64,000 bases of DNA from Candidatus Marinacidobacterales bacterium (GTDB lineage Bacteria > Acidobacteriota > Vicinamibacteria > Marinacidobacterales > SMYC01): NCBI GenBank assembly GCA_965237955.1, contig OZ250169.1, positions 3,040,001 through 3,104,000 of the forward strand, in the 5' to 3' direction. Of this stretch, positions 21,598 through 31,779 are shown one piece after another. The position numbers and the translations under genes are program-made. A model generated the notes under the pieces. It was not told where the DNA came from, made no database searches, and saw nothing but the letters and a program-made list of their open reading frames with translations. Each line of letters starts with the position of its first letter. The first letter of the stretch is position 1.

Positions 21598-21683
21598 AAC
21601 AGGTTTATTGGCAGACCTATTCTTAGGCCGGCCAAGGAGCCACCGCTACCCCAAATTCAACATCCGGCGGGACATCCCCGTCC

Positions 21684-21828
21684 ATTGGTACAACACGCAA
21701 CGACTCTTGGAGCCGATCGGAAATGTCTCCCCCGTCGAGTACGAGATGAACTACTATCGGTCGCAGGAAGGCTCGCTGGAGATGGCGAGACTCAACTAAA
21801 ACAGTCTCCGGAAAACCCGGAGCGGTTC
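21684..21828 (+). mobile_element. IS3-family orfB C-terminus and right end, preceded by an IS256-like end
   Basis: WYN..RL..PIG...PVEYE; GTCTCCGGAAAACCCGGAGCGGTTCA; duplicated at 52685-52835. Confidence 0.75.
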
Positions 21829-21885
21829 AGACACCGAAGACCTTGAGTGTCGGACCAATACTAAACTTGTACATTCGGCCACCTG

Positions 21886-22860
21886 TTAGCGTGCACGATA
21901 CAAGACCTCTGATACACGAAGGGATACGGCACTAGGGATTATTGCCGAACCTTTAACCAACTCCCGTAGAGAGTCTCTCGCATTATCGGATTCGGGCACA
22001 TTAGATCCAATCGTGATCTGACTACCAGTATTAAGAATCGACTCGCAATTCAATTCTGGAATCTGAACGTACTGTCTAACACGACCATATTGTACATGCT
22101 TTCCTCGAATGGCGTCCTGCACGTCCTTTTCATCATCCTCTGACAGAAATGCGACAGCCCTATATTCCCGTTCCATTGCATAGTGCGACCTTTTCCGAAG
22201 AAATCTTTGTCTAAACAGAGGATCACACGCCGCAACAACCCCCAGGCAAATCTCTGACCAGAGGTTCGCATCCAACGCACGACTGTGTAGGTCCTCAAGA
22301 TCTCTCAAGAACGTCGAGAACACTGATAAGTCCATCTGTATTGGCAACTCATCAGCGTACGTGATCTTTCCGACAATTGTATTGTCAACTAGTTCTCTCG
22401 ATAAATGAGGGGGAATTGTAATAGACACACCGCGGCAGTCACTACCATAAAGTCTCCAAAACAGGAGATCATCCCCCGCATCTATCGTTTGCCCGTCTGT
22501 GTGCTCAATACCAACAAAACAGCAAACATTCGCTGCGCCGTAGCGTTTCCACACCCATGACTCTTTGCCCAATTTTTGCAGCAAACATGAAATGAAACTA
22601 CCTTCAGACGTAACGCGGCCCTCTTCCGGGTCATTCATTGTTGACGTGTCTGAAAGTCTGAGCCCCCCATCTGGTGCTTGGAGCATGGAAACGATTACTT
22701 CCAAAGAAGTGTAGTGAGCCAAGTGCAACGTCACTGGCGGGTCATCTCCCGACCGCGAGATAGATTGTACGTCGTTCCATCGTCGTTGAAGCTCGCGCGC
22801 TTGCGCGGTAATGTCGACAGCTTTCTGGCGCAAGACTTCGAATGTTTGAGACCTACTCAT
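21886..22860 (-). CDS. DUF2971 domain protein
   Basis: HYTSLE, MNDPEEG, DDLLFWRLYG..CRGVSI, K..HY.MEREYR; starts 3 bp after the E1 stop. Confidence 0.72.
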   Translation of the reverse strand: MSRSQTFEVLRQKAVDITAQARELQRRWNDVQSISRSGDDPPVTLHLAHYTSLEVIVSMLQAPDGGLRLSDTSTMNDPEEGRVTSEGSFISCLLQKLGKESWVWKRYGAANVCCFVGIEHTDGQTIDAGDDLLFWRLYGSDCRGVSITIPPHLSRELVDNTIVGKITYADELPIQMDLSVFSTFLRDLEDLHSRALDANLWSEICLGVVAACDPLFRQRFLRKRSHYAMEREYRAVAFLSEDDEKDVQDAIRGKHVQYGRVRQYVQIPELNCESILNTGSQITIGSNVPESDNARDSLRELVKGSAIIPSAVSLRVSEVLYRAR

Positions 22861-22863
22861 GAG

Positions 22864-24270
22864 TCAGCAAGCGTCGGCGTTGAGCAGAAGCCACGCAGGT
22901 TCACCAAGGTTGCCTTGGCTGCTTCGAGCGTGAACGTCACAATAGGGTTTGCAAATCTCTGTGTCCGCTTGCTGAGAAGCTACGCTAAGGTGAAAACGTT
23001 GTTGATACACGGGAGGCCACCATTTCGGGCCGAGTATCAACCTTGTGAATAGGGCAAGTTGCTGTGATGAAGCCATCAAGCTAGCTGGGAAAATGTTGGC
23101 CGTATTCGGCCGTTGATGCATCAGTTGGCTTCGGATGTACTCCGGATCTTCCAAAAGACCCTCCAGCTCCAGGCTCAGTTGGTCGGTCGTGTATTGCCGA
23201 GTGCATCTAAGACACCTACTGTCGGGTGTGACGACCTGAGAGACAATATGCCCCTTGTGTAAATGACCTTCACGACTTCGAAGAGCGACGCCAGCTTCTA
23301 TTGTCGGGATCAAATGGCATACAGCCAAATGATTAACTAGATCACGTGCAATGGGTTTGTCTGCACATGCTAGGATGACATCGCAATCTGCGAGAGACCG
23401 ATATGCTTTGGATTCACGAAGGGAGAGTGGGAAAGCGAGAAGCTCGCGAAAAGGATAAGCCGCTGTCCGTTCTAAGTGTTCTGCAGCAACGTCAACTTTG
23501 TATCGTCCAACATCCCAGCGACCGGCGTTAATGAGGCGATCTAAGTTATGTCGCTTCACGCGGTCCATATCTATCATGACCAGCCGCCTAACGCCCATGC
23601 GTCCCATGGCCTCGGCCGCCAGAGCTCCCACGCTGCCTAGACCGACTATTCCGACCTTCAGCCGTTCAAGAAGTTCTTGACCTCCAACACCCCATGTCTC
23701 GATCGAACGCCGAAATCTATCGAAAACTGGCCCCGTCAAGTAAGACCTACATTCGTGCGGATTTGTTTGGAGAGACAAGTGGCTAGGAGAAACTATGCGG
23801 ATCGAAGAGCACCAATGACGTTCGTAATCTCGCCCCTTTCGAATCCAGAACCGAGCGCTCCATGTTCCGTCTGTGCCTAGCGTCAACCCCAATGCAGGTA
23901 GTCCAGTAGCCCGAGCAGGATTAGAGACGCTCCTTTGCTCCATCACAACGTCGTCCGAACTCATTTCCTGCCAACCCGGACCGAGATGATTGTGCATTAC
24001 CGCCATCCCCGCACCCTTCGATAGCGCTCGCTCGCGACACCGACGCAGAAAATCGCGAGTCATTTGGACATTGCCCTGAAGAATACGTTCATCTTCATTA
24101 GGCAGAAGCACTTCATCAATGATTGCCGTGTAGCGATTGGCACCATCGGCCGGATACCAAGTGGCTAGCGCAATATCCTCTTGTAGATCGCCACGTTCGT
24201 AGTGCTGTAGTAGGTGCTGCCGGGCAACCGATTCGATTTCGGAACGCCAAGCTACTGAGTACGTGGTCAT
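22864..24270 (-). CDS. JAB/JAMM peptidase - E1 (ThiF/MoeB) fusion
   Basis: QED...MHNH..(8)..SSDD; GLGSVG, DMD.V..HNLDR, CAD, CLRC; ATG at 24270 overlaps the E2 stop (ATGA). Confidence 0.85.
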   Translation of the reverse strand: MTTYSVAWRSEIESVARQHLLQHYERGDLQEDIALATWYPADGANRYTAIIDEVLLPNEDERILQGNVQMTRDFLRRCRERALSKGAGMAVMHNHLGPGWQEMSSDDVVMEQRSVSNPARATGLPALGLTLGTDGTWSARFWIRKGRDYERHWCSSIRIVSPSHLSLQTNPHECRSYLTGPVFDRFRRSIETWGVGGQELLERLKVGIVGLGSVGALAAEAMGRMGVRRLVMIDMDRVKRHNLDRLINAGRWDVGRYKVDVAAEHLERTAAYPFRELLAFPLSLRESKAYRSLADCDVILACADKPIARDLVNHLAVCHLIPTIEAGVALRSREGHLHKGHIVSQVVTPDSRCLRCTRQYTTDQLSLELEGLLEDPEYIRSQLMHQRPNTANIFPASLMASSQQLALFTRLILGPKWWPPVYQQRFHLSVASQQADTEICKPYCDVHARSSQGNLGEPAWLLLNADAC

Positions 24271-24671
24271 TTCGCGGCCTTCCAGAAACGTGCTACGGTT
24301 GATCGCATCAGCTTTTTGGGAGTTCGGTACGGTGCTACCCACGACAGTCCAATTGGGCGGCTCCGTGCCAACCACAACGTGTCATTCTCGTCGTGATCTT
24401 CTTCACTCGCGCCCCCTTTTCCATCGTCATACCTCCCCGCTATATGGAACCAATGGGGAGCGTATTCAGGAAACGGTTGCGAGTCATCTGGAAAGCTCCA
24501 TCCAACCCGCTGGGTGGATCCAGCGTATCTGCCAGTATGCACGGGAACTCGAGCACGTAGCATGTGTCGCTGAAGCCATGAGCATATCTCTAGCTCAGCG
24601 ACACTTATTTCGGAGAGTGCGTCTCGTAGCCGGACAAGATTCGGCGGGAAAGAGTCGGTTAGAGGCTTCAC
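24267..24671 (-). CDS. Prokaryotic E2/UBC-like protein
   Basis: Position between Ubl and E1; FP..APHWFH and W.A.SRP..W pattern. Confidence 0.6.
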   Translation of the reverse strand: MKPLTDSFPPNLVRLRDALSEISVAELEICSWLQRHMLRARVPVHTGRYAGSTQRVGWSFPDDSQPFPEYAPHWFHIAGRYDDGKGGASEEDHDENDTLWLARSRPIGLSWVAPYRTPKKLMRSTVARFWKAAK

Positions 24672-24703
24672 CAGTCAATATTCTTGTTTAGGCAGTACGA
24701 GAC

Positions 24704-24961
24704 CTATGAAGCGGGCCCCGGTTCATTTTCCGTCGCAAAGAACACATTGATCTTATCCAGATCAACTACAGCATCGGGGGCGAAGGTGTTGCCCTTGCCA
24801 TCCTCCAGTGTGTACCCGTCCGGAACAGGATCAAGCGCTTTGAACTCCAATGCGATGTCGATAAGCTCTGCAACCGTCATCGATTCGCGCGGAGCGTACA
24901 GCTGCTCACCGTCGATCTTGAATTCAAAGCGCCCGTCCTTGGCGACTTCATCTTTGTCCAT
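24704..24961 (-). CDS. Ubiquitin-like beta-grasp (multiubiquitin-type) protein
   Basis: F.FKIDG....A....MT..EL....Y.L...D..VDL...VF; tail EPGPAS; AGGAG RBS. Confidence 0.65.
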   Translation of the reverse strand: MDKDEVAKDGRFEFKIDGEQLYAPRESMTVAELIDIALEFKALDPVPDGYTLEDGKGNTFAPDAVVDLDKINVFFATENEPGPAS

Positions 24962-25177
24962 GTCTCTTCTCCTAAGGCTGCGACCAGCCGATGAAATTTG
25001 TGGTCCGATCCAACGTTTGGGGGTTCAGTACCAATGCGGTCCCCCCTCCGCCATCGGCAAGCTCAACCATGTATGCTAGTGTTTCCGCGTAGTTTAGGCA
25101 AACCTTCGGGTAGTTGCGGATCCAGCGTTGATTGCACGGTTTAGACCTGCCACGATCGGCTGCTCCGTGCCGGTCGA

Positions 25178-25498
25178 CCCCGTCCTGTGCCAAAACTCGG
25201 CCCTTTTGAAAGACCATGGCTGTAATTCAATGCACCGTAAAGTCTTAGCGTCATTTTACCAACACTTTAATGGCGGAAGCACCCATGAGGTCTGTGTGAG
25301 CAGCAGGGCTGCCCGATCGAACAACGGCTGCCTGACCAACAGTAGGATTTGCACATGGTACGTCATGATGGATCCGAAGATAACACCCTCGGGCCAGACG
25401 ATTGTAAAGCCCACAGCCCTTGGCACCGTCGCAAAACACAGACGCTAAGCTGCTGATTTATCGGCTATTTCAAGAGGGCCGAGTTTTGGCACAGGACG
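25178..25498. mobile_element. Composite non-autonomous unit bounded by rve-1 ends, containing a MITE-B end
   Basis: Nearly identical to 52284-52603. Confidence 0.75.
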
Positions 25499-25595
25499 CC
25501 CTCGGCCAGACGATTGTAAAGCCTACGGCCCTTGGTCCGGTCGCAAACACAGACACTAAGCTTCTGATTTATGGCCTAGAGTCAAGCCCATTCTC

Positions 25596-26971
25596 CTAAG
25601 AAACTACCGCCTGAACGACGTCGCCCGTTTGAGTGTCGATGATAGCGAAACCGAGGTCAGCGGCGCGTTGGGTCAGGCGGCGCACGGCACGGGAGCGATC
25701 TTGAGCGTTGTAGGCGGCGGCCCCGGGGTCTTGATAGACGAGCCCATCCTTGAGAGTGCGGTAGACGAGAATGGCGAGCTTTCGAGCGGTGGCGGTGATG
25801 GCTTTGGATTTACCGACGCGATAGGCGAGACGTCGATAGTAGGCGCCGAGAGCGGTCTGTGTACGCCCGAGGCTGAGTGCGGCCATGCGGAGAATGCCAG
25901 CGGCGCGGTTTGCAGAGGGTTGTGTTTTCGAGCTGAGGAGTCGCCCGCCGGAGATTTTGTTATTGGGCGCGAGGGTAAGCCAGGAAGTGAAGTGCTTTTC
26001 AGTAGGCCATCGGTTCATATCGGTCCGATCTCGGCGAGCAAGCGAAGCGCGGAATAGGGTCCGATGGCGTCGATCTGGGAGAGGTCGACCCCGGCGATCT
26101 GGTGGAGGAGAGGCCGGAGCTCGAACCGAGGTTCGTTCACTCGGGGCTTGCGCGATTTTCGAGGCGGTGGCAAGGAGGTGTTCGGGGTTGAGCGTTGAGC
26201 TAGAAGCTGCAGGTGCGATTCGATGGCCACGTCACAGGTTTGGATCTGGAGCTGAAAAGCATCAAAGAGTTCGAGGTTCTGCTTGAGAGCGAAGAGGTGC
26301 TCGGGGCGATAGTTGCCGGTGAGTGCAGCGGCGATCTCGGCCTCGGAGGACTGACAACGGTGGTCACGGTGCTTGGCGAGCCGATGGGGGTCGGTTTGTC
26401 CGGCAACGATGTCTCGTAGAATCCGCATGCCAGTGACACCCGTGATATCAGTGACCACAAGGTGGAGTTGAAGATTCATTTGCACGAGAGCCTTCTGCAT
26501 GCGCTGGATATGGGTTACCGCACTCTGAACGAGAGTCTCTCGGTGGCGGAGGTAGCCACGCAGGGCGGTGATGGCTGCTTCGGGTCGAAAGCTTCCGCGG
26601 AGCAACCCCACGCTGTGCAACTCCCGGAGCCATTCGCAATCGCTGACATCGCTCTTGCGCCCCGGGACGTTTTTGACGTGGCGCGCGTTGACCAAGAGGA
26701 CCTGGAAGCCACGGGCTTCGAGGATTTCATACAGGGCGATCCAGTAGACGCCGGTCGACTCCATCGCGACGCTCGTCACGCCGCAAGTCGCGAGCCGATG
26801 AAGATCGGCCGTGAAACTCCTGAAGGAACGGACCGGTTTAGGATCGCGCTCCGGTGGAACTGCGACGAAATGCTCGGCCGAGCCGCAATCGATCCCAGCG
26901 ACATTCACGTTGATTTGCTTCAGGATGGAAGGAGAAGTCCGCTTCTTGGGTTGACGACGATTGTGCTTCAT
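25596..26971 (-). pseudogene. IS110-family transposase, frameshift near 26018
   Basis: GIDCG, MESTGVYW, KSDVSDC, EIG.DM.RW, NKISGG, ARKLA in two frames. Confidence 0.88.
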
Positions 26972-26995
26972 CAGATGCTCCTTCATACTTCGTGA

Positions 26996-27150
26996 AGCAT
27001 CCGGGAACAGGGATTGGCATTCGTTACATTCTCCTAAACGGGATCACGCTCACGCGTGTCACCACTGACAGTGCCGAAACATCCCCGGGCCATGCTTAGT
27101 TACGGGCTGGATCGCACCAGTGTTGAGTCGGCCTCGGTTCCCGGATGCTC
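26996..27150 (-). ncRNA. Putative bridge RNA of the second IS110
   Basis: 13-bp closing stem AGCATCCGGGAAC/GTTCCCGGATGCT; TACAAT -10-like box at 27156-27161; 10-11 nt matches to both element junctions. Confidence 0.6.
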
Positions 27151-27390
27151 CCGCTATTGTATGAAACGGACGCTCCGTGCAGCACTGGAGTTTCTACCCA
27201 GATAGATCGCGAGCCCTGCGCGTACGATGCTTAGTTGAAACTCTCCACGGCTCACGTTTAAGCGACCTTTCTTCTTGAGTTTTTCTAGTTTCGCAAGGCT
27301 GTTTATACGCGCTCTCGGGGTTTCAACTGTTCATTCCCACTTCCAGGCATTACGCGGCCATTCGTCTGGTCCACGGAATGGTCGGTCGCG

Positions 27391-28848
27391 CTACGCCTTG
27401 TCGAGCTTCGCGTCATAGACCAGCGCGAGCTTTGCTTTCCCGACTTTCCGGCGATACTCATTTCGGAGAGCACCGATCCTCTGCCACTCGCCGCTTGCGT
27501 CGCGGCAGTACCAGTAGTCCCACCCGTTCCCCGATTTGCTGGTCACGGCAGAGAAGGCCGTGCTCGGGCTGTCGTGGCACTCGTTGTTTACCTCCAGTTG
27601 TCCGTTGCTCTTAATGCGGCCCCGGACGACTTCGCCCTTGAACGATAGACGCCACTGGTCACCGTAACGGACGAGTCCGGCCTTCAAGAGATCCCCGATA
27701 GTAACGCGCTGGCCGTGCACACTGACCGGTCCCCCCTTGGCCCGATTGCCGCCTTCCGGCCCGCTGTCCTGGACAGCATCGTCGGTGTGAATTGCCTTGG
27801 CCCCGAGATCCACCGGGGTCCGGACCAGCGCGAGCTTCGCTTTTCCGACTCGCCGGCGATACTCACTTCGGAGAGCATCGATCCTCTGCCATTCGCCCCC
27901 AGCGTCGCGGTAGTGCCAGTAGTACCACCCGTTGCCCGGCTTGCTGGTCACGGCAGAGAAGGCTTTGCTCGGGTTACCGTGACCCTTGTTGTTAACCTCC
28001 AGCTGTCCGTTTCTCTCAATGCGGCCCCAGACGACTTCGCCCTTGAGCGATAGACGCCACTGGTCACCCTCACGGACGAGTCCAGTCTTCAAAAGATCCC
28101 CGATAGTAACGCGCTTGCCGTGCGCACTGACGGGCCCTCCCTTGGCCCGATTGCCGCTTTCCAGCACACTGTCTTGGACCGCATCGTCGGTGTGAATTGC
28201 CTCGGCCTCAAGATCCACCGGGATTCGGCCGGCTTCGTCTGAGATCGATTCCACATAAGCCTTGATGTGCTTCATGCTGATCTTGATCCCATCAGGCAGC
28301 CCAACTCGTTCTTCCTTGAACTCTCGCTGAATTGCCTTACACAACGTGTCGAAAGGAGTGCTGAGCAGGCTATCGAGAGCCAGTTTGATCCGGCTGTGAA
28401 TCATGTGCTCTTCGTACGCGTGCTGGATCTCTTCGTTCTCCAGACACTCGCGTGACAGCAGGCTGGTGAGATGCTTGAGGAACTCGTCCATCGTAAACCC
28501 GCTGTCGGTGTCCACCGTCTTGATCTCTAGCGTGAGGAACTTCTGTTCCTCGAAAGACTTGCCACCGCGGGAGTTGTAGAGGACGTACCGGTTGCCGTCA
28601 GATAGAACGCCCCATTGAACCCCCATCGCGCCGAGGTAGGAGGTGAGCTGCTTGACGTGGTTCTTGTGGCCGATGTTGCTACCGAGTCGCTTGGCCTCCA
28701 AGAGCAGGATGGGTTTCGCAGACTTTTTTTTCGAGCTGTAAAACGCGTAGTCGACCGGCTCGTTGAATTCGGGCACGCGTGGCTCACTCTTGATGGAGTC
28801 AAAATCGGTAAAGTCCCACTGGAGCGCGCGAAACAACGAGTTGATGAG
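27391..28848 (-). pseudogene. HsdR-N-type restriction endonuclease with two C-terminal RAMA-like domains, 5'-truncated
   Basis: PE...VDYA...LLEAK..Q...Y....W..LSDG; 2x TIGDLL..GLV...GQLEV...PS.AF...NGW.YW; cut by the element at 28850. Confidence 0.72.
27420..28222 (-). repeat. In-frame tandem duplication, period 405 bp (135 codons)
   Basis: CCAGCGCGAGC at 27420/27825; AGATCCACCGGG at 27806/28211. Confidence 0.9.
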
Positions 28849-28849
28849 A

Positions 28850-30283
28850 CCCCGTCCTGTGCCAAAACTCGGCCCTTTTGAAATAGGCCATAAATCAACA
28901 GCTTAGTGTCTGTGTTTGCGCCGGGGCCAAGGGCCGTAGGCTTTACAATCGTCTGGCCCGAGGGTGTTATCTTCAGATCCATGATGACGTACCACGTGCA
29001 ATTCCTACTGCTCGTTCTAGCTGGCTGGGTCAACCGCCAGCAGCAGGATGTGATCGACTACCTGCAAGAGGAGAACCGTGTGCTCCGAGCCGGGCTTCGG
29101 GGCAAGCGTCTCAGTCTCTCGGACGACGACCGGCGCAGGCTCGCGGTCAAGGCCCAGGCTTTGGGCCGCGAGGCGCTGGCCCAGATTGCGTCCGTTGCCA
29201 CACCCGCTACGCTTCTGCGCTGGTACCGCCACCTCATCGCAGCCAAGTACGATGGCAGCAAGAACCGGAGTCCAGGCCGACCTCCGACGGCGAAGGACAT
29301 CCGTGAGCTCATTGTGCGCGTGGCGCGGGAGAACCCGACGTGGGGATATACGCGCCTGCGAGGCGCACTCAAGAACCTAGGACATGAACTCGGACGCAAC
29401 ACTATCAAGAGGATCCTCGCCGAGCACGGTATCGCTCCTGCGCCGGAGCGGGGCAGGAGCATGTCGTGGAGCACCTTCATCAAGGCTCATTGGGGCGCCA
29501 TCGCTGCGACAGACCTGTTCACCGTCGAGGTTGTGAACCCGTTCGGGCTCGTCCGCTACCATGTCCTGTTTGTCATCGATATCGCCACTCGCTGCGTGTG
29601 CATCGGTGGGATAACGTCGGACCCCAACGGGGAGTGGATGAAGCAGGTGGCAAGAAACCTCACTGACATGTGGGATGGTTTCCTCCTTGGCAAGCGATAC
29701 CTCATCCACGACCGGGACCCGCTATTCACCGAGGCGGTACGTGGGCTGTTGAGAGATTCAGGCGTGAAGCCCCTTCGCCTTCCCGCTAATAGTCCGAATC
29801 TGAACGCATATGCGGAAAGATTCGTTCTCTCCATACGTCGAGAGTGTCTCGACCGCTTCGTACCTCTCAGTGAGCGACACCTGCGGACAGCAGTAACCGA
29901 ATACGTAGTGCACTATCACACAGAACGGAACCACCAAGGTCTCGGCAACGAGCTCATCACACCTCTGCCGGCAAGCGCGAATGACGCTGGCCCCATCGTG
30001 TCGCGAGAGCGACTTGTGGGCATTCTCAACTACTACTGCCGTGCCGCGTAGATGGTCGCCGGCGACGGTAGCCCCTCGGCGGGCTCGACCGGCGTAGCGT
30101 GGAAACCGCTTCAGGAACACGCTTCGATATTCGCTCTCGACTAGGTGGTCATCTGCATGGTGACGACCCGCCCGCCCAAGACGATTGTAAAGCCCACGGC
30201 CCTTGGCCCGGTCGCAAACACAGACACTAAGTTGCTGATTTATGGCCTATTTCAAAAGGGCCGAGTTTTGGCACAGGACGGGG
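28850..30283 (+). mobile_element. Intact rve-integrase element family 1 with about 105-bp terminal IRs
   Basis: 28850-28954 is the near-perfect reverse complement of 30179-30283. Confidence 0.88.
28981..30051 (+). CDS. Integrase-core (rve, DDE) transposase
   Basis: [38 protein letters not shown]. Confidence 0.9.
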   Translation: MMTYHVQFLLLVLAGWVNRQQQDVIDYLQEENRVLRAGLRGKRLSLSDDDRRRLAVKAQALGREALAQIASVATPATLLRWYRHLIAAKYDGSKNRSPGRPPTAKDIRELIVRVARENPTWGYTRLRGALKNLGHELGRNTIKRILAEHGIAPAPERGRSMSWSTFIKAHWGAIAATDLFTVEVVNPFGLVRYHVLFVIDIATRCVCIGGITSDPNGEWMKQVARNLTDMWDGFLLGKRYLIHDRDPLFTEAVRGLLRDSGVKPLRLPANSPNLNAYAERFVLSIRRECLDRFVPLSERHLRTAVTEYVVHYHTERNHQGLGNELITPLPASANDAGPIVSRERLVGILNYYCRAA

Positions 30284-30354
30284 TAACGGAGTCGTCGAAG
30301 GTTGCTGCTTCCTGAACTTTTTTTACACGCCTATTGACAAGAGCTCGTACATGC

Positions 30355-31590
30355 CTAGGAGGACGCATTACGCGACTGTGTTGCTCTAGACTTGGCGCCC
30401 ACAATTGCTTCGAACAGGTGATCGAGAAGCAGTTCAAGCTTCGAAGTGTCGTAGGCCGAAGGCAAAGGCCGAGACTCCAAGAACCGCTTCGTGTATCGCT
30501 CCTTTGCGATCAATTCACCCTGATACAAATCGATATTGGAATTGTAGGAAGTCCACCTGACGCAAGGCTCCGGGCCCGTTCGGAGATCAAGGAACGACTC
30601 AATGGAGATCGCTCGACCGTTGATGTCTTCTTGGGCAGATCCGTTCGGCCCATTCGTACGAAACAGTCTGCATTCAAGAATGTCTGGCAGTCTGACGACC
30701 ACCATGTTTGACGGCAGCAGCAACCGTTTGACCTTGCGCTGCGCCTCGAGTCCTGCGGCATCGTTGTCGAAAATAACCACGATTTTGTTCTGGACCTTGA
30801 TTTGTGCAAGGCCTTGGCAGAATCGAAACAGATTACCGGCACCGGTAAACGGGTAGTTCTCTGACATGTCGACAAAATGGAAAAAATCTACAATGTCCGG
30901 CCGGAGTAACTCCATGGCTTTGCGAATGATCGCACCGTCGGAGCTGCCCTCGGTAACGATCAAGTACCGGTCAGGCTCACTTAGGCCTTCACAGAATGAC
31001 GATTCCTCCACCCACCCGCCTTCCACTAGGTCGGCAAAGCGCCACTGAACCTCTAAATCAAGATTAGTGGGATTCTCGGCCAGAAGCCGAAGAGTGACGT
31101 ACGGGTCGAGATTCTCGAAGAAGATACCATCGAATCTGCTCAAACCTTCTAGTTTCTTGACCGTCTTTGTGAACTCGGGATCCCTCAAGATCGATCGAGC
31201 AGCGAACCCCCCCGGACTGTGGTCCGCAAACCAGGGGTCGAACTTTATCTTGTGCACATCGACAGCCGCGAGCGCTCCGGCGAACGCGTCGAAGCTCACG
31301 TCGGGCACTTCGTAGAAGTCTGATCCCCACGACAGATCTTCTTTGAAGCACCGCTTGGCTTCCGAAAGGGTGTAGCCGAGTAGCTCGAGTCTGCGCTTTA
31401 TGCTGCGCAAGGGGCGTGCTAGGCCAGGTTTAAGCTCCTCGGTAACCTTTTCAGTCTCCGGGTCGAAGTAGTGGTAGGAAACAGGCTTGACGTCACCTGG
31501 CAGGAAAAGCTTCGAATGACTGGCATAGTTCCAGTTCTTGCCCCAATCAATTTCCAGCTGACCGAGCCCAAGCGTTACGATAGAACCCAT
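30355..31590 (-). CDS. HEPN/Toprim-associated N-terminal domain plus Toprim nuclease-like domain
   Basis: MGS.......EIDWGKN...HS.LF; IVTEGSSD; FDND. Confidence 0.72.
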   Translation of the reverse strand: MGSIVTLGLGQLEIDWGKNWNYASHSKLFLPGDVKPVSYHYFDPETEKVTEELKPGLARPLRSIKRRLELLGYTLSEAKRCFKEDLSWGSDFYEVPDVSFDAFAGALAAVDVHKIKFDPWFADHSPGGFAARSILRDPEFTKTVKKLEGLSRFDGIFFENLDPYVTLRLLAENPTNLDLEVQWRFADLVEGGWVEESSFCEGLSEPDRYLIVTEGSSDGAIIRKAMELLRPDIVDFFHFVDMSENYPFTGAGNLFRFCQGLAQIKVQNKIVVIFDNDAAGLEAQRKVKRLLLPSNMVVVRLPDILECRLFRTNGPNGSAQEDINGRAISIESFLDLRTGPEPCVRWTSYNSNIDLYQGELIAKERYTKRFLESRPLPSAYDTSKLELLLDHLFEAIVGAKSRATQSRNASS

Positions 31591-31779
31591 CGGTTCAAAA
31601 AAGCCAACCTCTCTCGTAAAAGCGGAATTTCCTAGTGTAAGACATTTTCCAGCGGATTTCACGAGTCAAGATTCTGAAGGAGGTGAACAACGAGGTCCGG
31701 GATACGATGACCGAGACTGTTGCTCACCCGATTAAGAAGACGCTAACCAAGCACAGCCTAATGCGCGGTTCCCGGCTTG

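Larger units (their letters stand above)
25590..27228 (-). mobile_element. Second IS110-family element (5' non-coding type); ends inferred
   Basis: Transposase plus upstream structured region; AT dinucleotide at both inferred junctions. Confidence 0.65.

Noticed and set aside
25040-25053. TCCCCCCTCCGCCA as the missing 3' end of tRNA-Ser (att site)
   Set aside because: Only about 10 nt match, opposite orientation to the tRNA and no adjacent T-arm; could be chance.
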